Of a stretch of DNA of 64,000 bases, positions 37,255 through 47,299 are shown piece after piece. Under the pieces are notes generated by a model that ran no database searches, had not been told where the DNA came from, and saw only the letters and a list, made by a program, of their open reading frames with translations. The stretch is from an uncultured Selenomonadales bacterium. GTDB taxonomy: Bacteria > Bacillota > Negativicutes > Acidaminococcales > Acidaminococcaceae. Position numbers and translations under genes: made by a program. The stretch spans positions 33,922 to 97,921 of the forward strand of contig OMYP01000004.1 in assembly GCA_900315345.1 (NCBI GenBank), given 5' to 3'. Positions within the stretch are counted from its first letter, which is position 1; every line of letters begins with the position of its first letter.

Positions 37255-37257
37255 ACA

Positions 37258-38151
37258 ATGACACAGGACATTTTCAGTGAAATCCCACTGCGAACTTGGC
37301 GTTGGCTGGGAGTAAACGAAGCGCTGCTGCCAGAGGAATTGCAGCAGGTTCCGAATGACTTATCAAATAAAAACACGCAAAGCTTTCCGGAAAAGCTGCC
37401 GTGGGAAATGCCGGAACAAATTTCTGTTCCGGCCGGGGAAACGGTAGAAAAAATATTTGTGTTTCGCAGTGAACAGGTTACGAATATCCGGGCTGAGGTT
37501 GCTAGGGGCGGCACCCTGAACCTGATTTGCATCCAGCTATTGCCTACAGATAAAGCCTACGCTGGTAAAGTCTTGGTCACAGCAGGGGAGAAGGCAAAAA
37601 TAAATTATACTGCAGTAGAAGTGGGAGCCGTCCATACGCTGACCAATTTGCAGATTGAGCTGGACGGAAACGGGTCGGCCGCAGATGTGGCGGCAGTGTA
37701 TTTCGGAGATGCTGACCGCAGGCTTGACCTGAATTATGTGATTACCCACAAGGGAACAGACACAGACGCGGATATGCAGGTGCGGGGCGTTTTACAGGAT
37801 GCCAGTGACAAAATTTTCCGGGGTACCCTGGATTTCCGTCAGGGAAGCAGGGGCAGCGTCGGCAGGGAAAAGGAAGAGGTGATCCTGTTGAACGAGGGAA
37901 TCCGCAACCGCAGCGTCCCGCTTATGCTAGCGCAGGAAGACGCGGTGAACGGGCAGCATGCCGTAAGCGCTGGCCATATGGACCGGGATAAACTGTTTTA
38001 CCTGATGAGCCGCGGGCTGGATGAGAAGGAAGCCCGGAAGCTGGCGGTGGGCGCTTTGTTCGCCACGGTACTGGAACGGGTTCCCGATGCGGATCTGAGA
38101 GAGGAGATCAGCAGAGAGGTTGAGGAGCGGATCGAACATGGACAACGTTGA
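37258..38151 (+). CDS. sufD: SufD-family Fe-S assembly protein (short form)
   Basis: FRGTLDF, SVPLMLA.ED.V.GQHAVSAG and FYLMSRGL. Located between sufB and sufS. Confidence 0.88.
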   Translation: MTQDIFSEIPLRTWRWLGVNEALLPEELQQVPNDLSNKNTQSFPEKLPWEMPEQISVPAGETVEKIFVFRSEQVTNIRAEVARGGTLNLICIQLLPTDKAYAGKVLVTAGEKAKINYTAVEVGAVHTLTNLQIELDGNGSAADVAAVYFGDADRRLDLNYVITHKGTDTDADMQVRGVLQDASDKIFRGTLDFRQGSRGSVGREKEEVILLNEGIRNRSVPLMLAQEDAVNGQHAVSAGHMDRDKLFYLMSRGLDEKEARKLAVGALFATVLERVPDADLREEISREVEERIEHGQR

Positions 38152-39364
38152 ATTCCGGAAAGACTTTCCCATCTTGGCCCAAACAATGAATGGGCAGCCG
38201 CTGGTGTATCTGGACAACGGCGCTACGACCCAGAAACCGGAGCATGTGGTGCGGGCGCTTTGCGGGTATTACGGAGGCTGCAATGCCAATCCCCACCGGG
38301 GCGCCTACGAACTCAGCGTAAAAGCTACGGAAATTTACGAACAGGCACGGGTGCGGGTGCAGCGATTTATCAATGCAGCCAGGCCGGAAGAGATTATTTT
38401 TACCAAAAATGCCACAGAGGCGTTGAATCTTGTTGCGTACAGTTACGGCCTGAATTTTATTCAGCCTGGCGATGAAATCGTGATATCTGTCGCGGAACAT
38501 CACAGCAACCTTGTGCCCTGGCAGCAAGTGGCCAGACAAAGAGGCGCCAAACTGAAATACATTTATCTGGAAGAAGACGGAAATCTTTCCGAAGAAGATA
38601 TTGAAACCAAGATAACCGAGAAAACGAAAATTGTCGCGGTTACCCATGTATCAAACGTGCTGGGACTGGTAAACGATGTAAGGCGCGTTGCGGACAAGGC
38701 CCATGGCGTTGGCGCGGTTTGCGTGGTGGATGGCGCCCAGAGCGCCGCGCACATGCAGGTAGATGTACAGCAGCTGGGGGCGGATTTTTTCGCTTTCAGC
38801 GGGCACAAACTGCTGAGCCCCATGGGTATAGGCGTGCTGTATGGAAGAAAAAAACTGCTGGAAAAAATGCCGCCATTCCTTATGGGCGGGGATATGATCG
38901 AATACGTTGAGGAACAGGATACCACGTTTGCGGAGCTGCCCGCCAAGTTTGAGGCGGGAACCCAGAACGTGGGAGGGGCAGCCGGGCTTACGGCTGCGAT
39001 AGACTATCTGGAATGGTTTACTTTTGCCAGGATCGAACAGATCGAAAAGGATCTGTTAAATTACGCATTGCATCGATTGCGGGAGCTGCCGTTTATTGAA
39101 CTGTACGGCTGCGATACGCGGCGGAACAATAAAACGGGGATTATTACTTTTAATGTCAGGGATGTGCACCCCCACGACGTGGCAACGATTTTGGACGCCC
39201 GGGGCGTAGCCATCCGGGCAGGGCACCACTGCGCCCAGCCGCTGATGCGTTATCTGGGGCAGAACGCAACCTGCCGGGCCAGTTTTTACCTTTACAATAC
39301 CCGGGAAGATATTGACCGCTGGATAGAAGCGTTACAGCAGGTAAGGAAGGTGATGCGGCTGTGA
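38138..39364 (+). CDS. sufS: Cysteine desulfurase
   Basis: YLDNGATTQKP, EHHSN, SGHK (PLP), FEAGT and RAGHHCAQP. Confidence 0.96.
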   Translation: MDNVEFRKDFPILAQTMNGQPLVYLDNGATTQKPEHVVRALCGYYGGCNANPHRGAYELSVKATEIYEQARVRVQRFINAARPEEIIFTKNATEALNLVAYSYGLNFIQPGDEIVISVAEHHSNLVPWQQVARQRGAKLKYIYLEEDGNLSEEDIETKITEKTKIVAVTHVSNVLGLVNDVRRVADKAHGVGAVCVVDGAQSAAHMQVDVQQLGADFFAFSGHKLLSPMGIGVLYGRKKLLEKMPPFLMGGDMIEYVEEQDTTFAELPAKFEAGTQNVGGAAGLTAAIDYLEWFTFARIEQIEKDLLNYALHRLRELPFIELYGCDTRRNNKTGIITFNVRDVHPHDVATILDARGVAIRAGHHCAQPLMRYLGQNATCRASFYLYNTREDIDRWIEALQQVRKVMRL

Positions 39365-39807
39365 ACAGTTTATCGGAGATTTATACGGAACTGATTGCGG
39401 AGGAAAGCCGCAACCCGGAAAACCGGCGTCATCTGCCCCATCCCACCTGCCGTGAAAAAGGGCATAACCCCAGCTGCGGCGATGAAATTACATTGGAACT
39501 GGAAGTTAAGGATAATGTGGTGGAGGACGCGTCCTTTACAGGAAACGGCTGCGCCATTTCCCAGGCATCTGCTTCCCTGATGATTAATTTAATCAGAGGG
39601 CAGTCTGTGGAAAAAACGAAAAGCCTGATTGCGCTGTTCCAGCGAATGATCAAGGGCGACGTTACGGATGCCGGGGAGTTGGAAGAACTGGAGGAAGCGG
39701 CGGCGCTGCAAAGTATTTCCCATATGCCGGCGCGGGTAAAGTGCGCCCTGCTTTCATGGCGCACTTTGGAAAAAGCCCTGGATAAATCCGGGAAGGAAAT
39801 GACATGA
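39361..39807 (+). CDS. sufU: SufU/NifU-like sulfur-transfer protein
   Basis: NPSCGD, GCAISQASAS and ARVKCA. Confidence 0.93.
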   Translation: MNSLSEIYTELIAEESRNPENRRHLPHPTCREKGHNPSCGDEITLELEVKDNVVEDASFTGNGCAISQASASLMINLIRGQSVEKTKSLIALFQRMIKGDVTDAGELEELEEAAALQSISHMPARVKCALLSWRTLEKALDKSGKEMT

Positions 39808-39823
39808 AAGCTGACAGAAGAAA

Positions 39824-39852
39824 AAGCCATCGATGACTGTCATCGATGGCTT
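39824..39852. terminator. Near-perfect palindrome, probable bidirectional terminator between sufU and panF
   Basis: aagccatcgatgac-t-gtcatcgatggctt, flanked by A-rich and T-rich runs. Confidence 0.75.
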
Positions 39853-39938
39853 AACTTTTTAGAAAACAGAATTTACGTTTTGGAATTATAACTGAGCGTA
39901 GCTTTGTTTCTGATTGACTGCAGATTGATTCTGTTGAC

Positions 39939-41441
39939 TCAGTCGTCTTCGTATTTATCCGGGAAGAACAGCTTCAGGGTCTCCATGTCCGGCATCTTTC
40001 CCATGGCGTTGCCGATGAAGAAGAATATCAGGGAGGTGGTGATACCGATGGTGATCTGGTGCAGGGAGAATACCTTGAAGCCCAGGGCCATGGTCACGCA
40101 GTAGGCTACTACGCCGCCGAACATGGCGCAGATGGCGCCGGTGCTGTTGGCTTTATGCCAGAACAGGCCGAAGATCATCACCCAGAAGAAAGCGGTTTCC
40201 AGACCGCCGAAGGCGAACATGTTGATCTTCCAGATAACGGAAGGAGGCGCAATGGAGATCAGGTAGATGCCAAAGCCCAGAAGGATAGTGAAGATCATAC
40301 TTAACCGTTTTACACCGTCGTTACTTAAGGTCTTGCCGCTCTTTTCCAGATGGCGCATGTACACGTCTTTGATGATGGAGGAAGAAGAGGTCAGCAGCAA
40401 GGAGGAAACGGTGGAGATGGTTGCCGCAATGGGCCCGATGATGACTACGCCGGCCCAGAAGGGGCTCATGACGCTGATGATGGTACGGGGCATAATGTTA
40501 TCCACGCTGCCGCCGTAAGCCGCCAGATCCGGATTGGTAAGGACGCCCTTGCACAGAACGCCGACCCAGGTAGCGATGATGGTCACTACGCCGATGACGA
40601 TGGTGCCGATGATAATAGCCTGCCGCAGGGCTTTGGTGTCCTTATAGCTGATGCTGCGGACAACGGACTGGGGCAGGGCCAGGGTGCAGACGCCAACCAG
40701 CAGCCACTGGCTGATATACAGGGAAATGGGCATCTTGCCCCGGGACAGGGGCTCCAGCATGGCCGGGTCGTTAGCCCGGAAGTGGGCCATGATGGCGCTG
40801 TAACCGCCGGCCTTGTCCAGGAGGCAGTAGAACAGGATCCCCATGCCGATCATCATGGCGATGGCGCAGATGGCGTCGGTGATGGCTACGCCTTTAAAAC
40901 CGCCGATGGTGGTGTAGATGACTACGATGATGCCGAACATGGTAAGGCCGGTCATGTAGGAATAACCGGTAACCGCTTCGAAAAGTTTGGCCGCCCCTAC
41001 GAACTGGGCTACCATGGTGGCGCAGAAGAAAGCCACGATGAAGATGGCCGCCATATTGGCAAGGGCGTCGGATTTATACCGGGCCCGGATAATGTCGATA
41101 ACCGTGACGGCGTCAATATCTTTTGCTATAAGTGAAATCTTTTTGCCGAAGACCCCCATGACAAGGAAAATAACCACCATCTGCACGATGGCCATGTACA
41201 GCCAGCCGTAGCCAATCTGCCAGGCCACGCCGGGGCCGCCTACGAAGGTGGACACGCTGGAGTAGGTGGCAACAGTGGTCATAGCCAGGACGAAACCTCC
41301 CAGGGAACGGCCGCCGATAAAATAGTCCTTAACAAAGTTAGAGGAGCGGGCTTCGCTGGACTGCTGCTGTACCCAGTAGCTGATGTAAAGCAAAGCGGCA
41401 AGAAATAACAGTGCCGGAGCCAGGTTCAGAAAATTTTCCAT
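39939..41441 (-). CDS. panF: Sodium:pantothenate symporter (SSS family)
   Basis: YFIGGRSLGGFVLAMT..ATY.S.STFVGGPG, GLTMFG..V..YTTIGG and AATISTVSSLLL. Paired with a YhdT-like gene, as in the known yhdT-panF arrangement. Confidence 0.8.
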   Translation of the reverse strand: MENFLNLAPALLFLAALLYISYWVQQQSSEARSSNFVKDYFIGGRSLGGFVLAMTTVATYSSVSTFVGGPGVAWQIGYGWLYMAIVQMVVIFLVMGVFGKKISLIAKDIDAVTVIDIIRARYKSDALANMAAIFIVAFFCATMVAQFVGAAKLFEAVTGYSYMTGLTMFGIIVVIYTTIGGFKGVAITDAICAIAMMIGMGILFYCLLDKAGGYSAIMAHFRANDPAMLEPLSRGKMPISLYISQWLLVGVCTLALPQSVVRSISYKDTKALRQAIIIGTIVIGVVTIIATWVGVLCKGVLTNPDLAAYGGSVDNIMPRTIISVMSPFWAGVVIIGPIAATISTVSSLLLTSSSSIIKDVYMRHLEKSGKTLSNDGVKRLSMIFTILLGFGIYLISIAPPSVIWKINMFAFGGLETAFFWVMIFGLFWHKANSTGAICAMFGGVVAYCVTMALGFKVFSLHQITIGITTSLIFFFIGNAMGKMPDMETLKLFFPDKYEDD

Positions 41442-41701
41442 TATTTATGGCCTCCTTCCGCTGCGGTGTCGTCTTCCACGTCCTTGATAACGTAATTGGC
41501 CAACCACCAGGCTACCACTACGGCAAAGAGCCAGGATACGATGCAGCCGCCGATGACCCAGATGGGTGTGTCAAAGATGACGATGTCCGAACCGGACAGC
41601 CCAAAACCTGCCAGGATCCAGAAAAGGATGACGGCGATGGTTGCCAGTACGGTAGTTTTGGCTTCCCGGTTGGCCTGACGGAATTTTTCACTGCGTTTCA
41701 T
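41441..41701 (-). CDS. yhdT: YhdT-like (DUF997) small membrane protein
   Basis: 86 aa with two hydrophobic segments, KFRQANREA..T and TPIWV..GC. Its stop overlaps the panF start. Confidence 0.8.
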   Translation of the reverse strand: MKRSEKFRQANREAKTTVLATIAVILFWILAGFGLSGSDIVIFDTPIWVIGGCIVSWLFAVVVAWWLANYVIKDVEDDTAAEGGHK

Positions 41702-41782
41702 TGTGATACGTTCCTCCCTTGATTAACAACGAATATTTTTATTAAAGATTGCAACTTGTGATTGCATTTACAAAAATTGTTG

Positions 41783-41977
41783 AAGAAAAAATATCGCACA
41801 CCCGGAGACGGATGCGCGGTTATGTTTTGCTATTGCGTCCCGTCCCGGTCAGGGAAACTGTTCCGTTTCTTTGGTGACAGTTCCCTACAGATCCAAGCGA
41901 TATCAGACTGTATTGTTGTGTGACGATTTCGGTTTTCCGGTAAAACTCTGGGATGCCTTCCGGTCCTCTTAATGTCG
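41783..41977 (-). ncRNA. Structured attenuator leader upstream of yhdT-panF (family unassigned)
   Basis: Promoter TTGCAT-17-TATTAT, then several hairpins, a terminator (41818-41795 plus T-rich tail) and a competing antiterminator pairing. Confidence 0.55.
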
Positions 41978-42162
41978 GAAGTATAATATCATACATTAAT
42001 ATAGAATGCAATAATATAATATGGAATATTTATGGTTTTTCTTTGAAAATTTTGTGACTGAATATAGAGTAAATTCCGATTTTGACATGCTAACCTTGTT
42101 ATATTAAAATTAATATTATAATACATCCAGCGAAGTTTCAGTATTTGGAAAGGATAAAAGTG

Positions 42163-43308
42163 ATGAATACAATTACTATAAATGAAGCGCGTCTGAAACA
42201 AACTTTTATTGAACTGGTCGGCGTACCCTGTCCCAGCTGCAATGAAAAACAGGAAGCGGAGCTTCTGGTGAAAAAGTTGCAGGAACTGGGCTTGGAAACG
42301 CAGGTTGACCGGGCCGGGGAGCAGTGCGGCGGCACTACGGGAAATGTTTGGGGATTCCTGAAAGGAAACGTGCCGGGGGCAAAGCGGTTGTTTTTTGAAG
42401 CCCACATGGACAGCGTAACGCCCACCACGGGAACCCATGTCATAGAAAAGGACGGCGTGCTGTATTCCGATGGCACTACCACCCTGGGCGGCGACGATAA
42501 AAGCGGTGTGGCGGCGGTGCTGGAAGCCATACAATGCATTATTGAAAACGATCTGCCCCACGGGGATATCCAGGCGTGCTTTACCATTGCGGAAGAGACA
42601 GGAAGCTATGGCATTCGCTACATGGATCCTGCGTGGATTAAGGCGGATGCAGGCTACTGTATGGACTGCGGCGGTCATCCCGGGGCCATCTTCAACGCGT
42701 CCCCCAAAGCCATTAACCTGAAGCTGACGGTGAAAGGCAAGAGCGCCCATGCCGGGCTGGAACCGGAGAAAGGAATCAACGCCATCATGCTGGCGGCAGA
42801 GGCGCTGCACGCACTGCCGGCTTACGGAAGGCTGGATGGGGAAACCACCTTGAGTGTGGATATGGTCGATGGCGGGCTGGCGTCCAACATTGTGCCGGAA
42901 ACATGCGAAGTTGTTATTGACATGCGCTGCCCTGATGAGGAAAAGCTGGAAAATCTGAAAAACGAAACCGTAGAAATATTCCGTAAAACTGTGGAAGCCA
43001 AAGGCGGAACGATAGAAGTGACGGTGAAAGATGTGGCGCCTGGCGTCAATCTCAACACAGACCATGCAACTGTAAAGCTGGCTGCATCGGCGGCGGAAAA
43101 GTTAGGATTCCCTGTCAGCACTGGCTTCACCGGCGGCTGCAGTGACGCCAACTTCTTGTGCGGTATGGGCCTGCCCACAGTATTGCTGGCGACCGGCATG
43201 GACAAGATCCATACAACGGAAGAATGCCTGGCTCTGGAAGATTTGAACAATGCAGCCCGCTGGGTGCTGGGGATTGTGAGAGAAGCGGCAGAACGGAAAT
43301 CATCATGA
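42163..43308 (+). CDS. M20/M25/M40 metallopeptidase (peptidase T-like)
   Basis: EAHMDSV, TLGGDDKSG, AEETG, GKSAHAGLEPEKGINAI, GCSDAN and HTTEE. Confidence 0.9.
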   Translation: MNTITINEARLKQTFIELVGVPCPSCNEKQEAELLVKKLQELGLETQVDRAGEQCGGTTGNVWGFLKGNVPGAKRLFFEAHMDSVTPTTGTHVIEKDGVLYSDGTTTLGGDDKSGVAAVLEAIQCIIENDLPHGDIQACFTIAEETGSYGIRYMDPAWIKADAGYCMDCGGHPGAIFNASPKAINLKLTVKGKSAHAGLEPEKGINAIMLAAEALHALPAYGRLDGETTLSVDMVDGGLASNIVPETCEVVIDMRCPDEEKLENLKNETVEIFRKTVEAKGGTIEVTVKDVAPGVNLNTDHATVKLAASAAEKLGFPVSTGFTGGCSDANFLCGMGLPTVLLATGMDKIHTTEECLALEDLNNAARWVLGIVREAAERKSS

Positions 43309-46300
43309 GCGTACCATTTACTCATTTACATGTGCATACACAATACAGCTTATTAGATGGCGCCTCCAAACCGAAGGAGCTGTTACAGCGGGCCATGGAG
43401 CTGGGCATGGACAGTATCGCCGTGACGGACCACGGCAATATGTACGGTCTGGTGGACATGTATCAGACTGCGCAAAAACTGAATAAAGAAGCGGAAAAGG
43501 AAGGAAAACCGGGTATCAAAGTCATTTTCGGCTGCGAGTGTTACATTACGCCGGGCAGCCGGTTCGACCGTATTGACAAGCAACCCCGCTATCACCTGAT
43601 CCTGCTGGCGGAAAACCAGGAAGGCTATCACAATCTGGCCCGGCTGGTGTCCCTTGGTTTCATTGACGGTTTTTACCGCAAACCCCGCATCGATAAAGAT
43701 ATCCTGCGGAAATACAGCAAGGGGATCATCTGCCTTTCCGCCTGCGTCCAGGGGGAAGTACCCCGGCTGATTTTGCAGCGGAACCTTGACGGGGCAGAGA
43801 AGGCCCTGCAGGAATATATTGACATTTTCGGTAAAGACAATTTCTTTCTGGAAATGCAGAACCATGATCTGGAAGAAGAGCGGACCGTGAACCGGCAGCT
43901 TCGTGTTTTTGCGGAAAAATACGGGGTGAAGCTGGTGGTAACCAACGATATCCATTACGTGAAACGGGAGGACGCCTCTGCTCAGGACGTGCTGCTTTGC
44001 ATCCAGACCAACAAGAATGTGGACGATCCGGACCGGATGCGTTTCAATAACGACTGGTATTACTGCAAAAGCTATGAGGAAATGCGGGCCCTGTTCCCGG
44101 AAGATGAAGAGGCGTTGCATAACACCCACGCCATTGCGGAACGGTGCAATGTAGATTTGACTTTCGGCAAGTTGCTGCTGCCGGAGTTCCCTATTCCGGC
44201 ACAGTTTCATAACGATGCAGACGCTTACGTGCGCAATCTTTGTGAAGAAGAAATACCGAAACGGTACGGCGCGTTGCTGACAAAACTACCGGAAGAAGCA
44301 CGTAGCAAAAAAGAAGAAGAGATTCATAAACGGCTGGAGTACGAGCTGGGCATCATCAAAACCATGGGATACGCGGCATACTTCCTCATTGTGTGGGACT
44401 TTATCCATTACTGCCGCAGCCATACCGACGCAGCTGGCAACCCGGATCCCATTCCCGTAGGGCCGGGCCGGGGCAGCGCTGCCGGTTCCATTGTAGCCTA
44501 TCTGCTGCACATTACCAACATCGATCCCCTGGATTTTGACCTGCTCTTTGAACGGTTCCTGAATCCGGAACGGGTCAGCATGCCCGATATTGATACGGAC
44601 TTCTGTTACCGCAGGCGTGGGGAAGTGCTGGAGTACGTAATCCGCAAATACGGGGCGGACCATGTGTCCCTGATCATTACCTTCGGTACGCTGCAGGCAA
44701 GAGCGGCCGTGCGGGACGTGGGCCGAGCCCTTGGTGTCAGCCTGCCGAAAACAGACCGGATCGCCAAAGCGGTGCCCCGGGAGTTGGGCATTACGTTGGA
44801 CCGGGCCCTGCAGACAAAAGAGCTGCGGGCCATGTATGACACGGACCCGGAAACGAAACGGGTCATCGACATTGCCAAAAGCGTGGAGGGCCTGCCCCGG
44901 AACAGCGGCACCCATGCGGCCGGGGTGGTAATCGCCCCCAAGCCCCTGATCGACCTGGTGCCCCTGCAGCTGGACGAGGCTGCTGATATTGAGACCGGCA
45001 TCAGCCAGGAGCGGATGATCACTACCCAGTTCGACAAGAACCAGGTGGAAGAGCTGGGTCTGTTAAAGATGGACTTTCTGGGGCTCCGTACCCTGACGGT
45101 AATGGACGATGCGGTTCATTTTATAAAAGAAAGCACAGGGGAATGGGTTGATCTGGATTCCATCCCTCTGGAAGACGAAGCGGTGAGCAAAATGCTGTGC
45201 GCCGGGGATACCCAGGGGGTGTTCCAGCTGGAAAGCGCGGGGATGACCCGGCTGGTGGAACGGCTGGGCCCGAAATCCATGCGGGACCTGGTTCCGTTGG
45301 TGGCCCTGTACCGCCCGGGTCCCCTGGACGCCGGTATGGCGGAAAAATTCATTGAAGGACGGAAACGGGGCCGGGCTGTGGAAAGCATCCATCCCCTGCT
45401 GGACGGGATACTGGCAGACACCTACGGGGTGGTGCTGTATCAGGAACAGGTCATGCAGACCGCCTCCATCCTGGCAGGCTTTTCTTTAGGGGAAGCGGAT
45501 ATTCTGCGCCGGGCCATGGGAAAGAAAAAGGTAAAAGACCTGATTGCCATGAAGACCCGTTTCGTCGAAGGGGCTCAGAAGCTCCACAACGTGCCGCCGG
45601 AAAAAAGTGAAGAGATTTTTGAGATCCTGCTGAAGTTTGCCGGTTACGGATTCAACAAATCCCACTCGGTGGCCTACGGTCTGGTGGCCTATCAGACAGC
45701 CTACCTGAAGGCCCACTGGCCTGCGGAATTTTTTGCGGCCCTGCTGACCAGCATCATTGGCGATGCAGATAAGATGAGCTGGTATATTACCGTCTGCAAG
45801 GACCGTGGTATCCCCATGCTGCCGCCTGACGTAAACGCCAGCCAGGAAGGATTTTCCGTGGAAAAGGGCGCCATCCGTTTCGGTATGGTGGGCATCAAGA
45901 GCGTAGGGGAAGGCGCTGTGAAGGAAATCGTGAAAGCCCGTCGGGAAGGAGGGCCTTTCCGGGATATTCTGGATTTCTGCAAACGGGTGAACTACAGGGC
46001 CCTGAACCGGCGTCTGCTGGAAAACCTGATCAAGTGCGGCGCCATGGATTCACTTGGGGCCTATCGTTCCCAGCTGCTGGCCGTATATGAAAAGGCGCTG
46101 GAGCTGGGCATCCAGCAGCAGCGCGATTATAACAGCGGGCAGATTGGCCTTTTCGGCGGTGAGGATTTTGCGGAAGTCAATTCCGTGCCCTTGCCGAAGA
46201 TGGACGAGATGAGCCGCTCTGTATTGTTGAAAAATGAAAAGGAACTGATCGGTTTTTATGTGACCGGGCATCCTTTGGACGGTTACCGGACAGCACTGGA

Positions 46301-47216
46301 CCGGCTGACACCCCTGTACACCCTGACCGGGGACACCCCCGCCGTCCGGGACGGGCAGTTTATCAACGTTGGGGGCATAATCAGCTCCGTGGATATCAAG
46401 GTTACAAAAAAAGGCGATTCCATGGCGATCCTTCTGCTGGAAGACTTCGGTTCCCGTATTGAAGTGGTGGTGTTCCCCCAGGCCTATAACCAGTATTCCT
46501 CTTTATTGCGGGAAGATACTGTCATAGAGGTGGAAGGACGTTTCAGTGTGGACGAGCGGGGCAGCAAGGTCATCGCCTCCCGTATGGCTGAGCTGAAAGA
46601 AGGAGAACCGCCTGTGCTGGCAGGCCAGCCGCGGGGAACCCGGAATGGCAGGAAAGGGGAGTTTGCCGGAACCGGATATAGCGTTGATGAAGGAAACGGA
46701 TATTCCGGAAGCAATTATTCCGGTGTCAACGGGTATTACGCGGAAGATCCGTACATTTCCTCAGATGTAAGTAATGCAGGAGTAATTGCGGAAAACGCTG
46801 CCACTTATGCAGCATCTCCGGAGCAGAATAGAGAACCGTACCCGTATTCTGCCGCAGATGATACGGCTCATATAGCTCAGGCCGGTACAAAGGGGCCGAA
46901 TCAGGATGGGGTGCCGCAAAGCAACGGAAACGGTTTCCCGCAGCTTGCCGATGCGCAGGGCCATGTGCCGGTTCCCATCAGCGCCGTGATAGAGTTGGTC
47001 ATTTCGCCGGAACGGGAAACGGAAATCGTGACGAAAGCGCTGCTTACAATTTTGAAGAAACATCATGGCAGTACTATGGTCTTTCTGAAACTTATGGGCT
47101 CCCGCCGTCGGATCCGCCTGGATCCGTCCCTGTACGTGAACGGACAGGACATGACCTTGCAAGATGAACTGAAAGACCTGCTGGGCGAAAACGCCTTCCG
47201 GGTAAAGGAAATCTGA
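43305..47216 (+). CDS. dnaE: DNA polymerase III alpha subunit
   Basis: PHP domain HLHVHTQYSLLDG and TDHG, GRGSAAGS, ERVSMPDIDTD, KMDFLGLRTL, GYGFNKSHS and an OB fold. Carries an extra low-complexity segment near the C-terminus. Confidence 0.97.
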   Translation: MSVPFTHLHVHTQYSLLDGASKPKELLQRAMELGMDSIAVTDHGNMYGLVDMYQTAQKLNKEAEKEGKPGIKVIFGCECYITPGSRFDRIDKQPRYHLILLAENQEGYHNLARLVSLGFIDGFYRKPRIDKDILRKYSKGIICLSACVQGEVPRLILQRNLDGAEKALQEYIDIFGKDNFFLEMQNHDLEEERTVNRQLRVFAEKYGVKLVVTNDIHYVKREDASAQDVLLCIQTNKNVDDPDRMRFNNDWYYCKSYEEMRALFPEDEEALHNTHAIAERCNVDLTFGKLLLPEFPIPAQFHNDADAYVRNLCEEEIPKRYGALLTKLPEEARSKKEEEIHKRLEYELGIIKTMGYAAYFLIVWDFIHYCRSHTDAAGNPDPIPVGPGRGSAAGSIVAYLLHITNIDPLDFDLLFERFLNPERVSMPDIDTDFCYRRRGEVLEYVIRKYGADHVSLIITFGTLQARAAVRDVGRALGVSLPKTDRIAKAVPRELGITLDRALQTKELRAMYDTDPETKRVIDIAKSVEGLPRNSGTHAAGVVIAPKPLIDLVPLQLDEAADIETGISQERMITTQFDKNQVEELGLLKMDFLGLRTLTVMDDAVHFIKESTGEWVDLDSIPLEDEAVSKMLCAGDTQGVFQLESAGMTRLVERLGPKSMRDLVPLVALYRPGPLDAGMAEKFIEGRKRGRAVESIHPLLDGILADTYGVVLYQEQVMQTASILAGFSLGEADILRRAMGKKKVKDLIAMKTRFVEGAQKLHNVPPEKSEEIFEILLKFAGYGFNKSHSVAYGLVAYQTAYLKAHWPAEFFAALLTSIIGDADKMSWYITVCKDRGIPMLPPDVNASQEGFSVEKGAIRFGMVGIKSVGEGAVKEIVKARREGGPFRDILDFCKRVNYRALNRRLLENLIKCGAMDSLGAYRSQLLAVYEKALELGIQQQRDYNSGQIGLFGGEDFAEVNSVPLPKMDEMSRSVLLKNEKELIGFYVTGHPLDGYRTALDRLTPLYTLTGDTPAVRDGQFINVGGIISSVDIKVTKKGDSMAILLLEDFGSRIEVVVFPQAYNQYSSLLREDTVIEVEGRFSVDERGSKVIASRMAELKEGEPPVLAGQPRGTRNGRKGEFAGTGYSVDEGNGYSGSNYSGVNGYYAEDPYISSDVSNAGVIAENAATYAASPEQNREPYPYSAADDTAHIAQAGTKGPNQDGVPQSNGNGFPQLADAQGHVPVPISAVIELVISPERETEIVTKALLTILKKHHGSTMVFLKLMGSRRRIRLDPSLYVNGQDMTLQDELKDLLGENAFRVKEI

Positions 47217-47299
47217 CGGTAAGGTGAATGAAGCAGCTCGATTAATTGTAAGGCAAACGTGTTACACATATAAATCGCAGTTTTCCTTCCGGACACAGT

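Noticed and set aside
41930-41975. SAM-I riboswitch call for the panF leader (aagag...ggaagg...ccc...ccggaaaacc resembles the SAM-I 5' half)
   Set aside because: The 3' SAM-I elements (GGUGCYAAUUCC, GAUG/GAUA closing strand) are missing.
46600-46975. Intein in dnaE
   Set aside because: No intein splice-junction motifs or homing endonuclease motifs, and the segment is low complexity.
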